64,000 bases of DNA from an uncultured Chloroflexia bacterium (GCA_963752475.1 CAVVYR010000008.1:416001-480000), one strand, 5' to 3'. Counted from the first letter of the stretch, positions 1 through 10,005 are shown. Made by a program: numbers and translations. The notes: generated from the letters alone by a model not told the origin.

Positions 1-1225
1 CTGGGCCGGGATGACGCTCGGTGGTGGCACCAACGGCCGCAACAGCGAGGAGCGGGCGGCCATCGAGGCCTTCACCCAGACGTACCGCGACATCGCCGAC
101 CGCTTCATCGGCACGCCCGTGCCGGCCGACGTCCTCGAAGGTGCGCTCGACGGCATGATCGAGGTGCTCGAGGACCCGTACTCGGACTACATGTCACCCG
201 AGGAGTACGACGCGGCCCTCGATGACGCACTTGGCGAGTTCGAGGGCGTCGGCGCGGTCATGGAGACCACCGATGGCGACGGAGAGTCGTGCGAGCTCAT
301 CAGCGATGACTGCGCGCTACGGGTCGTCGAGGTCCTATCCGGCGCGCCCGCCGAAGAGGCCGGACTCCAGGGTGGCGACAGCGTCATCGGCGTCGATGGC
401 GAGTTGCTCGAGGGCAAGACCATCGACGACACCATCTGGCTCATCCGCGGCCCGCGCGGCACCGACGTCACGCTCGGCGTCGATCGCGAGGGCGAGGAGT
501 TGGAGATTAGCATCACGCGCGATACGGTCGTGGCCGACGACGTTCTCAGCACCACGCTCGCCGACGAGCGGATCGGCTACATCTCCATCGTCAACTTCAG
601 TGGCAACGCGGCCGACGACTTCGAGGCCGACCTGCAGGCACACCTAGACGCCGGGCTGGACAAGCTCATCGTCGACGTGCGCGACGATCCGGGTGGGTTC
701 GTCGACGCCACCATCGAGATCAGCAGCCAGTTCATCGAGGACGGCGCGGTCTTCTGGGAGGAGTACGCCGACGGCGAGCAGGTCCCGGTGTATGTCGGCG
801 GCGACGGCATCGCCACCGACGAGGGGACCGAGGTGGTGGTGCTGGTGAACGGCGGCTCGGCCTCCGCCAGCGAGATCTTCGCTGGTGCCGTCCAGGACGC
901 CGGGCGGGCACAGCTGGTGGGTGAGAACACGTTCGGCAAGGGCACGGTCCAGGAGTGGGCCGAGCTTCCCGGCGATAGCGGCGGCTACCGACTGTCGATC
1001 GCCAAGTGGCTCACGCGCGACAAGCGCTGGGTCGACGGGGAGGGCCTCACACCCGACGTGGCCGTGGAGCTCGATGGTGAGCGCTTCGTGGCCGGGGTCG
1101 ATGGCGCCGACCCGAGCCGCGACAGCCAGGTCCAGGCGGCCGTCGAACTGCTCATCGGCGAGCCCCTGCCGACGTCGATCCCGAGCCCGACGCCCTCGGC
1201 CGAAGCCTCGCGGGACGCGTCGTAG
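1..1225 (+). CDS. C-terminal processing protease (S41 family, PDZ domain), probably 5'-truncated by the window edge
   Basis: PDZ-like segment (GVGAV...PAEEAGLQGGD), DVRDDPGG, catalytic SASASE and TFGKG motifs. Confidence 0.9.
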   Translation, partial: WAGMTLGGGTNGRNSEERAAIEAFTQTYRDIADRFIGTPVPADVLEGALDGMIEVLEDPYSDYMSPEEYDAALDDALGEFEGVGAVMETTDGDGESCELISDDCALRVVEVLSGAPAEEAGLQGGDSVIGVDGELLEGKTIDDTIWLIRGPRGTDVTLGVDREGEELEISITRDTVVADDVLSTTLADERIGYISIVNFSGNAADDFEADLQAHLDAGLDKLIVDVRDDPGGFVDATIEISSQFIEDGAVFWEEYADGEQVPVYVGGDGIATDEGTEVVVLVNGGSASASEIFAGAVQDAGRAQLVGENTFGKGTVQEWAELPGDSGGYRLSIAKWLTRDKRWVDGEGLTPDVAVELDGERFVAGVDGADPSRDSQVQAAVELLIGEPLPTSIPSPTPSAEASRDAS

Positions 1226-1306
1226 CGGCCCGGGATCGACGCAATCGCCCGATGTGCACTTGACACATCGGGTACCGTTCCCTCGAACGAAAGGAGGTGG
1301 TGTCTA

Positions 1307-1354
1307 ATGCATAGTCGTTTAAGTAGCAGCACCGCCTCGGAGGTTCGGCGCTAA
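1307..1354 (+). CDS. Putative 15-aa small/leader peptide MHSRLSSSTASEVRR
   Basis: Near-perfect Shine-Dalgarno AAGGAGGTG at 1291-1299, ATG 1307, TAA 1352-1354, followed by a GC hairpin. Confidence 0.45.
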   Translation: MHSRLSSSTASEVRR

Positions 1355-1384
1355 GTCGACCCTGCGAGTGGTGCTAGCCGCCAG

Positions 1385-1411
1385 GACGCCGGCCCGTCTG
1401 GGCCGGCGTTC
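1385..1411 (+). terminator. Hairpin between the small ORF and smpB
   Basis: gacgccggccc-gtct-gggccggcgtt inverted repeat with only a weak U tail. Confidence 0.5.
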
Positions 1412-1473
1412 GTATGTCTGTGCGACCCTTAGGGGCCGCCATCAACGCCAGAGCGACTCCAAGGAGCCCACAG

Positions 1474-1935
1474 ATGGGCAAGACCATCGCCACCAACCGC
1501 AAGGCACGCCACGACTACAAGGTCGAGGACACCGTCGAGGCCGGCATCGCTCTCACCGGTACGGAGATCAAGTCCGTGCGCGAGAGCCAAGTCAACCTGC
1601 AGGACTCGTACGCCCGCATCGAGAAGGGCGAGGCCTGGCTGATCGGCGCCCGGATCGCTCCCTGGGCCGGTGGCAACCGCTGGAACCACGAGCCCATGCG
1701 TGATCGCAAGCTGTTGCTGCACCGCGCGCAGATCGACCACCTCGTGGGCAAGACGAAGTCCAAGGGCCTCACGCTGGTGCCGCTCTCGATGTACTTCAAC
1801 GATCGCGGCAAGGCCAAGGTCCAGATCGGGCTGGTCAAGGGCAAGAAGCAGTACGACCGCCGCCGCGACATCGCTGAGCGCCAATCACGCCGCGACACCG
1901 AGCGCGAGATCGCCGACGCCATGCGCGGCCGCTAG
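1474..1935 (+). CDS. smpB: SsrA-binding protein SmpB
   Basis: IATNRKARHDY, EAGIALTGTEIKSVR, RKLLLH, KGKKQYDRR motifs; AAGGAG RBS before ATG 1474; tmRNA downstream. Confidence 0.98.
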   Translation: MGKTIATNRKARHDYKVEDTVEAGIALTGTEIKSVRESQVNLQDSYARIEKGEAWLIGARIAPWAGGNRWNHEPMRDRKLLLHRAQIDHLVGKTKSKGLTLVPLSMYFNDRGKAKVQIGLVKGKKQYDRRRDIAERQSRRDTEREIADAMRGR

Positions 1936-2420
1936 CGAGACGACTGGTTCACTACCCAGACGACAGGTCCTAGGGAAGAGGCGGTGGCTGCGTGACGCTG
2001 GCAGCCGGGCGAGCGGCCATCGAGATCCCGTCTCAGGCATCCGTGAGATCGGGTAGCTACTTGCGGTCTCGGTCTAGGCGCTCCCTGGCCGAGCGACACG
2101 CGTCGCGGGTGCACGACTCAGTCAGCGGGCGGTCGCCGACACCTCCAGGGGACGCAGGGCTCTTGCGTCTGGCTGTTGCCGCTCAGCGGGCGAGTTCGAC
2201 GCGCGGAGGCAGGATCGTGCCGATCCTGACCGTTGTGTGGCGAGTACTGGCGCTCCGGCCCGCCCAGCGGGAGGAAGGCGCTCCTGGGCGCCAGGATGGT
2301 CGGGCTCGCCCGTTCAGCGGCAAGCAGTGGCCGAGCGTGGTGCCTGACGGTCGAGAGGAACATCGGGGCGAACGGACAGCTTCGGCATGGAGGCGACTGG
2401 CGTAGTTCGCAACAGGGGTC

Positions 2421-2426
2421 TACAAT
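2421..2426 (+). promoter_or_regulatory. -10 element of the tmRNA promoter
   Basis: TACAAT 11 nt upstream of the mature tmRNA 5' end. Confidence 0.6.
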
Positions 2427-2437
2427 CTGTCGTCCGT

Positions 2438-2813
2438 GGGGATGCGTGGTCTCGACAGGGCCCGAACCCCGAAGAACGCGAGTCGAGGTTGCCATCGGGC
2501 CTCGTTAATCAGGTGGCAAAACGAAGTAACTGGCAACAACCGCCAGCCTGCTCTCGCCCTCGCGGCCTAAGGCCGTAAGGTGAGTGTGGAAGCAGCCTCC
2601 TCCCCGTGGGCTGTGGAAGCATCATTCAGCGGGGATGCGCTCCGGGTCAGCGTCACGTAGCCCGGAGTCAAGCCCGCAAGGGGACGTGACTGGACCTGAC
2701 GCCACGGTGCCGATGCCGGGACGGCAGGTCGACGACAAACCATCGGCTACGCTCGTAGTGGTCTTCGGCAGAAGGTTCTGGACGGGGAGTTCGACTCTCC
2801 CCCATCTCCACCA
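2438..2813 (+). ncRNA. ssrA: tmRNA; tag peptide (A)GNNRQPALALAA encoded at 2532-2570
   Basis: 5' GGGGATG pairs with 3' CATCTCC-ACCA including G3.U; T-arm GGGGAGTTCGACTCTCC; short tag ORF after TAACT ending ALAA-TAA; next to smpB. Confidence 0.96.
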
Positions 2814-2828
2814 ACACGCAGTCACAGC

Positions 2829-2857
2829 ACGACCCCGTCAAGCACTGACGGGGTCGT
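2829..2857. terminator. Likely bidirectional terminator between ssrA and jag
   Basis: Perfect 12-bp stem acgaccccgtca/tgacggggtcgt with a 5-nt loop, between convergent genes. Confidence 0.75.
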
Positions 2858-2892
2858 CGTCTATCTGTGGGCGCTACGCGCCCGGTGCCGGC

Positions 2893-3834
2893 CTAGGCCT
2901 TGAGCACGACCACCCGGCGCATCGGCTCCTCGCCGATCGACTGCGTGGTGATGCCCTCACGGCCACGCAAGGCGAGGTGCACCCAGCGGCGCTCGAGAGC
3001 CGACATCGGCTCCAGTTGCAGCATCTGGCCGGTCTCGTCGACGCGGTCTGCAGCACGCGTGGCCACCTCCACGAGCTGGCGCTCTCGGCGGCCGCGATAG
3101 TCCTCGACATCGACGAGCACACGGGTCCAGGTGCCCATCTTCCGGCTGAGCATGAGATTGACGAGGTGCTGCAGGGCCGAGAGACGCTCGCCCTTGCGGC
3201 CGATGAGCGCGCCCAGGGCTTCCTTCTCTTCCTCGTCGGCGCCGTAGACGGTGATCTTGGCGGTGGCGCCAGTGGAGACCTCCACGTTGGCGTCGTAGCC
3301 CATCATCTCGACGAGCTGCTCGAGGATCTCCTTGCCGGCCTCGAGCGCCTCCGGCGAGGCCTCGTCGTCGTTAGCGCTGGCCTTGGCGCTGCTCCCGGCG
3401 GCGACGGCGGCTTCCACCTCTGTGGCCGCAGCCTCGCTGACCTTGGAAGCCTCGCGGGAGCGACTGTCACCACGGCTGCGGCGGCGCTCGGCGCCATCAC
3501 CGTCGCGGCCGCGATCGCTGCGGCGACGCGGCTTGGAGTCAGGCGATTGGCGGGGTTCGCGGGGTTCGCGGGGACCGTCGTCGGGGCGCGGGGCCGGCTC
3601 GACGGACGGGGCCGTGGCCTCTGCAGCCTCCTTCTTGGGCGCGGTGCCACCAAGCGCCGAGCGTGGTGCGGCGATGATGCGAGCGGGCTCGGCACCCATG
3701 CCCAGCACGCCTCGGCTGCCCTGGGTCAGGATCTCGAAGTCGAGATCGGAGAGCCCGGACACGCCGAACTCCTCACGCGCGTTCTTCAGGGCCTCCTCGA
3801 CGGTCTTGCCTGTGAACTCCTGGTATTCGCTCAT
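2893..3834 (-). CDS. jag: Jag/KhpB (EloR) RNA-binding protein (Jag-N, KH, R3H)
   Basis: FTGKTVEEAL N-terminus, LIGRKGERL KH motif, ERRWVH R3H motif; downstream of yidC. Confidence 0.95.
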   Translation of the reverse strand: MSEYQEFTGKTVEEALKNAREEFGVSGLSDLDFEILTQGSRGVLGMGAEPARIIAAPRSALGGTAPKKEAAEATAPSVEPAPRPDDGPREPREPRQSPDSKPRRRSDRGRDGDGAERRRSRGDSRSREASKVSEAAATEVEAAVAAGSSAKASANDDEASPEALEAGKEILEQLVEMMGYDANVEVSTGATAKITVYGADEEEKEALGALIGRKGERLSALQHLVNLMLSRKMGTWTRVLVDVEDYRGRRERQLVEVATRAADRVDETGQMLQLEPMSALERRWVHLALRGREGITTQSIGEEPMRRVVVLKA

Positions 3835-5240
3835 CGTCGTCTCCCTCGGCGGCGGCTACGGCGCCGTGCCGGTCTGATGGTGCCCGCAGCGCTCTCCTTG
3901 GTGGAGCGCTTCTTGGTCGTCTTGGGTTCTCCGTCCTTGTCCGGATCTGGGGCCTTGGGTTCCGGCATGGTCACCGGGAACGGCGCCTGGAAGTCCTTGG
4001 CGATGCCTGGCGTCCAGCCGAACAGCGGGAAGAGCCCGCCGAAGCCGTTGATCAGGAACTGCTGGACGACGCTGAAGACGGAGGTGGTGATCCAGTAGAT
4101 GAAGAGGCCGGCAGGCAGGATCGCGCCGTACACGATCGAGAACAGCGGCAGCAGCAGCATCATGCGGTTGGTGGTGGCGGCGGTGGTGTCGCCCGGGGCC
4201 ACGTTGCGGTTCATCATCATCCGCGACTGGATGAGCTGGAAGAACGCTGAGAACAGTGCCAGCATCGAGAGACCCAGGCCCAACCCGCCGAAGACCATAA
4301 GGAAGATCTCCGGCTCGTTCGAGGGCAGGCCGCCGGGATAGCCGGGGAGCTGCAGTCCGCCGTCGATCTTGGGCAGCCAGGCCAACCAGGGGATGTTGGG
4401 GTTGATGCACGGCTCGTACGGATCGGTCGAGAAGCACTGGACATTGACGACCTCCACCTCGGTGTCGGTGAAGGGGATCTTGATGCTGGTCATGGCGCTG
4501 ATGTCAGGCGCGTTGAGGCCGCGCATGAAGACCTGGTACATGGGCAGCAGCAGGAACAGCTGCACCACCGCCGGCAGGCAGCCCGAGGCCGGGTTCACAC
4601 CGCGATCGCGATAGAGCTTCATCTGCTCTTCGGAGATCTTCTGGCGGTCGCCCTTGTACTTGTTCTGAATGGCACGGAGCTCGGGCTGGAGCATCTGCAT
4701 GCGTCGCTGCGACACGATCTGCGCTCGGAAGACCGGGATGAGCAGGATGCGGATGGCGATCGTCAGCAGGATGATGGCGATGCCGATATCACCGGTGATG
4801 TTGTAGAGGAAGGCGAGACCGATGAAGATCGCCTGGAAGACCGGCGTGAAGAGCCAGGCCAGCAGGTCCAGCGGGTTGCTGCTGGGCTTTGCCGGACACA
4901 GGTTCTCCGGCGGCGCATCGGTGGCGTCCGGATCGGGTGAAGCGTCGGGGTCCTGGGTCGGACGCGGTTCGCATGGGCCGACCTCGGCCTCGTCGGCGGC
5001 GTCAGCTGACGCTTCGGGGTCGAGCGAGGCGATCGGCACCTCGGTGCCCTCTGGGTCCGGGGTCGCTTCGGACCCAGGCGTGGCCTCCGCTGCGGCGGTC
5101 GGTTCGGCCGAGGGGCTGGCGTCCTGACCCACGACCGGGCCGATGATGAGGCTGAACGCGATGAGCGCGATCGCAACTGCGGCCAGAAGGTCGATGAAGG
5201 AGAGGCGGAGGGGCGCGGTCAGCGCGGAGCGGATGTTCAC
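3831..5240 (-). CDS. yidC: Membrane protein insertase YidC
   Basis: GIAIILLTIAIRILLIP, LQPEL..IQ.KYK, GVNPASGCLP, LPAGLFIYW motifs; synteny. Confidence 0.95.
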   Translation of the reverse strand: MNIRSALTAPLRLSFIDLLAAVAIALIAFSLIIGPVVGQDASPSAEPTAAAEATPGSEATPDPEGTEVPIASLDPEASADAADEAEVGPCEPRPTQDPDASPDPDATDAPPENLCPAKPSSNPLDLLAWLFTPVFQAIFIGLAFLYNITGDIGIAIILLTIAIRILLIPVFRAQIVSQRRMQMLQPELRAIQNKYKGDRQKISEEQMKLYRDRGVNPASGCLPAVVQLFLLLPMYQVFMRGLNAPDISAMTSIKIPFTDTEVEVVNVQCFSTDPYEPCINPNIPWLAWLPKIDGGLQLPGYPGGLPSNEPEIFLMVFGGLGLGLSMLALFSAFFQLIQSRMMMNRNVAPGDTTAATTNRMMLLLPLFSIVYGAILPAGLFIYWITTSVFSVVQQFLINGFGGLFPLFGWTPGIAKDFQAPFPVTMPEPKAPDPDKDGEPKTTKKRSTKESAAGTIRPARRRSRRRGRRR

Positions 5241-5470
5241 TATTTCACCGGGTCATAGCCGCCGGGACGCCATGGACCGCAGCTGGCGATGCGCTTGGCA
5301 CCCATCCAGCCGCCCTTCAGCAGCCCGTACTTGTTGATGGCCTGCTCGGTGTACATCGAGCAGGAAGGTTCGTATCGACAGGAACCCGCGAAGAGCGGAG
5401 AGAGCACTTTGCGGTAGCCGTGGATGAATGCGATGCCGACGCGTCTGGGAATGGTCGCGATGCTGCTCAC
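5240..5470 (-). CDS. yidD: Membrane protein insertion efficiency factor YidD
   Basis: CRYEPSCS and GGYDPV motifs; between rnpA and yidC. Confidence 0.95.
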   Translation of the reverse strand: MSSIATIPRRVGIAFIHGYRKVLSPLFAGSCRYEPSCSMYTEQAINKYGLLKGGWMGAKRIASCGPWRPGGYDPVK

Positions 5471-5799
5471 GCCTTCACCGAGTCCCGGACGAGGCCGAGA
5501 AGCCGCTCGAGCGCGGTGCGAAGCTCGTCATACGAGGCGCCGACGGCCGGCGGGCGGGCGACGATGAGGACGTCCCAGCCGTGACCGCTGTGGTTGGGGT
5601 GGCGACGCAGGACCTCACGGAGGCGTCGGCGCACGCGGTTACGCTGGACGGCGCTTCCGAGGCGTCGTCCAGTCGAGATACCGAAGCGGTCGTGATCACG
5701 GCCATTGGGTACGAAGCGGACGACCATGAGTCGGTCCGAGCGAGAGCGGCCCTTCGAGCTGATGCGCTCGAAGTCCTCTCGGGCACGGAGTGTCGGCAC
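5467..5799 (-). CDS. rnpA: RNase P protein component
   Basis: RFGIS and AVQRNRVRRRLRE (RNR) motifs; GTG start at 5799 with AGAAGGGGG RBS. Confidence 0.95.
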   Translation of the reverse strand: MPTLRAREDFERISSKGRSRSDRLMVVRFVPNGRDHDRFGISTGRRLGSAVQRNRVRRRLREVLRRHPNHSGHGWDVLIVARPPAVGASYDELRTALERLLGLVRDSVKA

Positions 5800-5824
5800 G
5801 GCCCCCTTCTGGGTCAGCCGGCGA

Positions 5825-5962
5825 TCAGTAGCTGAGCTTCTTGCGGCCACGCGCCCGCCGGGCGGCGAGCACCCTGCGGCCACTTCTGGTCTTCATGCGC
5901 TTACGGAAGCCGTGCTCCTTGGCGCGATGGCGCTTCTTGGGCTGGTACGTTTGCTTCGTCAC
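5825..5962 (-). CDS. rpmH: 50S ribosomal protein L34
   Basis: [21 protein letters not shown]...RRARGRKKL; GTG start at 5962 with GAAGGAG RBS. Confidence 0.97.
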   Translation of the reverse strand: MTKQTYQPKKRHRAKEHGFRKRMKTRSGRRVLAARRARGRKKLSY

Positions 5963-6101
5963 TGGGGTCTGGGCTCCTTCGGGCAGGCGGTCAGGACCAT
6001 TCTCGTGGACCGGCCTGCCGATGCGGATGTAAGCGATGCGTCCCCTGGTGCGGTAGTCCACTTGTGGACGTTCCGGCGCCTCTGCGCATCGATGTCGAGC
6101 G

Positions 6102-6107
6102 ATTATA
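6102..6107 (-). promoter_or_regulatory. -10 element (TATAAT) of the rpmH operon
   Basis: ATTATA on the + strand upstream of rpmH; DnaA-box-like GTCCAC/TGTGGAC at 6054-6071. Confidence 0.6.
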
Positions 6108-6140
6108 CGCGAGCCTCCCCGATAACCGAAGGAAATCGAC

Positions 6141-6521
6141 ATGCCCACCGACGGACCACCCAACGAGCCGCACTTCCTGGAGCCGGGCAGCGCCACCATC
6201 GAGGACTTCGACCGGCTCGATCTGCGCGTCGGCCGGATCGTCTCGGCCGCTCCGCTCGAGGGCGCCCGTCGGCCGGCCTATCGGCTCGAGCTCGACTTCG
6301 GCCACGGTGGACGGCGGCAGTCCTCGGCGCAGCTGACGACAAGTTATCCGGATCCCTCGGTGCTGGTCGGCAGGCTGGTGGTGGCGGTGGTCAACTTCCC
6401 GCCCCGACGCGTGGCCGGCCTCCGCAGCGAGGTCCTCGTCCTCGGAGCCCTCGCGCCCGACGGGCGGATCCCGCTGCTCAGAGTCGATCAGGGCGCTGAG
6501 CCCGGCCAGCGGATCGGCTAG
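6141..6521 (+). CDS. csaA: CsaA/Trbp111-like tRNA-binding OB-fold protein
   Basis: [32 protein letters not shown] motifs. Confidence 0.85.
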   Translation: MPTDGPPNEPHFLEPGSATIEDFDRLDLRVGRIVSAAPLEGARRPAYRLELDFGHGGRRQSSAQLTTSYPDPSVLVGRLVVAVVNFPPRRVAGLRSEVLVLGALAPDGRIPLLRVDQGAEPGQRIG

Positions 6522-6925
6522 TGCGGGGTCGTCCGGTGCGGTCCAGGAGGGACTCGGACGGACCGATCGCACACCTGGTGGTGCGTTCGGCCACCACCGT
6601 TCCGATGACCGCGGGCTCAGGAGCCGGCCATCCCGAACCGTTCCTGACGCTCGAGCCGGAGCGCAGGCGCGCACGAGGCTGGATACTCCCGGGGAGTATG
6701 TCGGCCCGACGTTGCGTGGTCCCGAAAACCGGTGCTAAGGTTTGTCGCCCCGGCGCCCGAGAGCGGGAGTCGGGAACCCAAGCTGGAGCCACCGTCGTGA
6801 CGGCCCGAGGGGGGTCGGCCCGGTTCCTCCGATGGGATGTCGATCGCGCCTCTGCCCTGGGTGTCGGGACGTCACTCCGAGAGGGACGCGCTGAGTTGTG
6901 AGTAGTACGGGTCACGTTGCCATCG

Positions 6926-8305
6926 ATGGACGCGAAGCAGGTCTGGAGAGCCGCCCTTGGTGAGCTTCAGGTGTCGCTGTCCCCGGCCAACTACGAGACC
7001 TGGCTGAAGGACACGCAACTCGTCGATGTCGACGGAGACCGCTTCCGCGTCGCTGCCCCCAACGGCTTCGCCAAGGACTGGCTCGAGAATCGATATCGCT
7101 CGCTGATCGCCCAGACCCTGGCTCGCGTCGTCGGCTACAGCGTGAACGTGGAGTTCGAGGTTCGAGAACTCGACCCGGAGGCACCGGTCGAGGTGGAGTC
7201 GCAGGAGGAGGCGGCTCGGCCGGAGAGTCCCAGGGTTCGCCTGGAGCCGGGTCGCGTCGGCGCCACCGAGGGTGGTGGCGTGAACCTCAACTCTCGTTAC
7301 ACCTTCCGCACCTTCATCGTGGGCAGCGCCAACCGTCTGGCCCACGCCGCCAGCCTGTCGGTAGCGGAGCGACCCGGTGAGGCCTACAACCCGCTCTTCC
7401 TGTACGGCGGCGTGGGCCTGGGCAAGACCCACCTGATGCACGCGGTGGGCAATGCCGTGGTCCAGCGCTTCCCGCGCAAGAAGGTCGTCTACGCCACCAG
7501 CGAGAAGTTCACCAACGAGTTCATCACCTCGATCCAGCAGGGCCGCATCGACGATTTCCGCGCCCGCTACCGCCAGATCGACCTGCTGTTGATCGATGAC
7601 ATCCAGTTCATCGCTGACAAGGAGCGCACGCAGGAGGAGTTCTTCCACACCTTCAATGCGATCCACGAGGCAGGCAAGCAGATCGTCCTCTCGAGCGACC
7701 GGCCGCCGAAGCAGATCACCACGCTCGAGGAGCGCCTGCGCAGCCGCTTCGAGTGGGGCCTCATCGCCGACCTCACCGCGCCCGATCTCGAAACCCGCAT
7801 CGCCATCCTGCGCACCAAGTCGGAGGAGCAGGGAGTACGCGTCGACCCGGAGGCGCTGGAGTTCATCGCACGCAAGGTCGTCTCCAACATCCGCGAGCTG
7901 GAGGGCGCCCTCAACCGGATCGTGGCCTACGCCTCGATGCAGGGCATGCCCATCAACATGGATCTGGCCCAGGCTGTGCTCAGCAACGTGCTCTACAGCC
8001 CGCGCAAGCGCGCGGTCACGCCCGAGCGCATCGCCATGGCCGTGTCCGACTACTACGACGTGGAGCTCGAGCAGTTGCGCGGCAAGAAGCGCGATCGGGC
8101 CGTGGTCGTGCCCCGGCAGATCGCGATGTACCTGATGCGCGAGGAGACGGACGTGTCGCTGCTGCGTATCGGTGCCGAGCTGGGCGGCCGCGACCATTCG
8201 ACCGTACTCCACGCCTGCAAGAAGATCGACAAGGAGGTCTCGCGCAACGAGGAGCTTCGCCGTGAGCTGGCGGCCGTGCGCGAAACCATCTACTCGGACT
8301 CCTAG
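6926..8305 (+). CDS. dnaA: Chromosomal replication initiator DnaA
   Basis: [17 protein letters not shown] Walker [26 protein letters not shown] domain IV. Confidence 0.99.
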   Translation: MDAKQVWRAALGELQVSLSPANYETWLKDTQLVDVDGDRFRVAAPNGFAKDWLENRYRSLIAQTLARVVGYSVNVEFEVRELDPEAPVEVESQEEAARPESPRVRLEPGRVGATEGGGVNLNSRYTFRTFIVGSANRLAHAASLSVAERPGEAYNPLFLYGGVGLGKTHLMHAVGNAVVQRFPRKKVVYATSEKFTNEFITSIQQGRIDDFRARYRQIDLLLIDDIQFIADKERTQEEFFHTFNAIHEAGKQIVLSSDRPPKQITTLEERLRSRFEWGLIADLTAPDLETRIAILRTKSEEQGVRVDPEALEFIARKVVSNIRELEGALNRIVAYASMQGMPINMDLAQAVLSNVLYSPRKRAVTPERIAMAVSDYYDVELEQLRGKKRDRAVVVPRQIAMYLMREETDVSLLRIGAELGGRDHSTVLHACKKIDKEVSRNEELRRELAAVRETIYSDS

Positions 8306-8573
8306 GCCCCGCGACGCCATGGCTGCTTCGCCGGGGCGCGAGCGCAAGACGCAGTAGAGCTGGCCACCGAGCGCATCGAGCCTTGGAACGTGGCGTGGTC
8401 CGATCCGACCGGGGGATGGTCGGATCCACGGGATCGGGCTGTCGGGCGTGCCGCAGTGACCGCGGGGATCTCCGGCAGGGTCAGGCCTGCGCGTCCGCCC
8501 TCAGGCACGTCGAGATGGCCCAGGAAGTGCTCCGCGGGCTCCCGGTTCCGGGGCCGCAAGCCGTAGGAAAGCG

Positions 8574-8820
8574 TGTGGAGAACGACGCACCCCGAGTCGG
8601 TCGCGGCCGGATCGGATGTGGTCTCGAGAGTGGGCTGCCGGGGGTGGTTGGTGGGTATCCACGAGGGTCTTCCACAGTCGGTCGCGGTCCGTGCACATCG
8701 CCCGCGCTGGTAGTCCACAGCTCGCAGCGACCGGCGTAAGCGTGGGTGCAACGCGCGGATGGCTGGTCATCAACACGACCAACACCATGAAGATGATGAT
8801 GAGATGAGAAGATTAGAAAG
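8574..8820. other. Replication origin (oriC) candidate: DnaA boxes plus DnaA-trio array and AT-rich tract
   Basis: dnaA-dnaN spacer with TGTGGAGAA (8574), GTATCCACG (8655), TCTTCCACA (8668), TAGTCCACA (8711), and 12 consecutive NAN triplets at 8768-8803. Confidence 0.8.
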
Positions 8821-8854
8821 ACCCATGTACATCTCATAGGGAGCTCGATCGCTC

Positions 8855-9976
8855 GTGAAGCTGTCCTTGATGCAGGAGAACCTGGCCCGGGGCCTGTCCC
8901 TTGTCAGTCGCGCCGTCAGCAGTCGTGCGACGCTGCCGGTTCTCGCCAACGTCCTGCTGAAGACCCAGGATGGTGGGCTCCGCCTGACCGCCACCAACCT
9001 CGAGATCGGGATCTCGGTCTGGGTACCTGGCAAGATCGAGACCGACGGCACCATGACCGTGCCCGCGCGGCTCATCACCGACGTCGTCGGTGGCCTGCCC
9101 GCCGGCGAACGCGTCGATCTCGAGATGGAGAGCGACGATACGCTGCTCATCCACGCCGGCAGTTACAAGACCCACCTGCGCGGCATCGACGCCGAGGAGT
9201 TCCCGGTCATTCCCGGTGCCGGCGACCAGCCCACCACCCAGGTCAGCCAGAAGGCTCTCAAGCGGGCGCTCTCCGAGGTGACCTTCGCGGCCGCGGCCGA
9301 TGAGACCCGACCGATCCTCACCGGCGTACTCACGAAGTTCAGCGGTGAGACCCTCACGCTGGCGGCCGCGGACAACTACCGCATCGCGGTCAAGACGCTT
9401 GACCTGATGGTCTCGGTCGAGGAGACCAGCGTGGTCATCCCGGCGCGTTCCTACACTGAACTCATGCGCGTCCTCGGCGATACCGATGACCCGGTCGATA
9501 TCATCCTGGCCCAGGCCAAGAGCCAGGTCATCTTCAAGGTCGACACCACCGAGGTCGTCAGCCGGCTCATCGACGGGCAGTTCCCCAACTACCAATCGGT
9601 CCTGCCGACCTCGCACAGCACCCGCGCCTTGGTCGATCGTGACGAATTGCTCAAGGCTGTGCGCCTGACCGCCCTCATCGCCTCTTCCTCGGCCAACGTC
9701 GTGCGACTCGGTTTCGGCGAGGAGGATCACCCCACGGCCATCGCCGTCAACGCCAAGGCCGATGTCGGCGACGCGGAAGGCCAGGTCGAGGCGGAGCTCG
9801 AGGGCGACCCGGTGACGATCGCTTTCAACGCGCGCTACATGGTCGAGGCGCTGCAGAACATGGAGGCCGAGCAGCTCGCGGTCGAACTCAGTGGTCCGCT
9901 GGCCCCCGGCGTGCTCAAGCCCGTGGACGACCCCGCCTACGTGCACGTGATCATGCCGGTGCGCACGCCCTCCTGA
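8855..9976 (+). CDS. dnaN: DNA polymerase III beta clamp
   Basis: LPVLANVLL, ATNLE, SRLIDGQFPNY, IAFNARY, VIMPVR motifs; after dnaA. Confidence 0.98.
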   Translation: MKLSLMQENLARGLSLVSRAVSSRATLPVLANVLLKTQDGGLRLTATNLEIGISVWVPGKIETDGTMTVPARLITDVVGGLPAGERVDLEMESDDTLLIHAGSYKTHLRGIDAEEFPVIPGAGDQPTTQVSQKALKRALSEVTFAAAADETRPILTGVLTKFSGETLTLAAADNYRIAVKTLDLMVSVEETSVVIPARSYTELMRVLGDTDDPVDIILAQAKSQVIFKVDTTEVVSRLIDGQFPNYQSVLPTSHSTRALVDRDELLKAVRLTALIASSSANVVRLGFGEEDHPTAIAVNAKADVGDAEGQVEAELEGDPVTIAFNARYMVEALQNMEAEQLAVELSGPLAPGVLKPVDDPAYVHVIMPVRTPS

Positions 9977-10005
9977 CCGCGTTGCGCGGCTAGGGCTGCC
10001 CCATA

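Noticed and set aside
2173-2327. SRP RNA assignment for the long hairpin
   Set aside because: The conserved domain IV motif (CAGG..GRAA..AGCAG) was not found on either strand
2814-2892. Integrative element at the tmRNA 3' end
   Set aside because: A terminator and jag follow directly; no integrase or duplicated att seen
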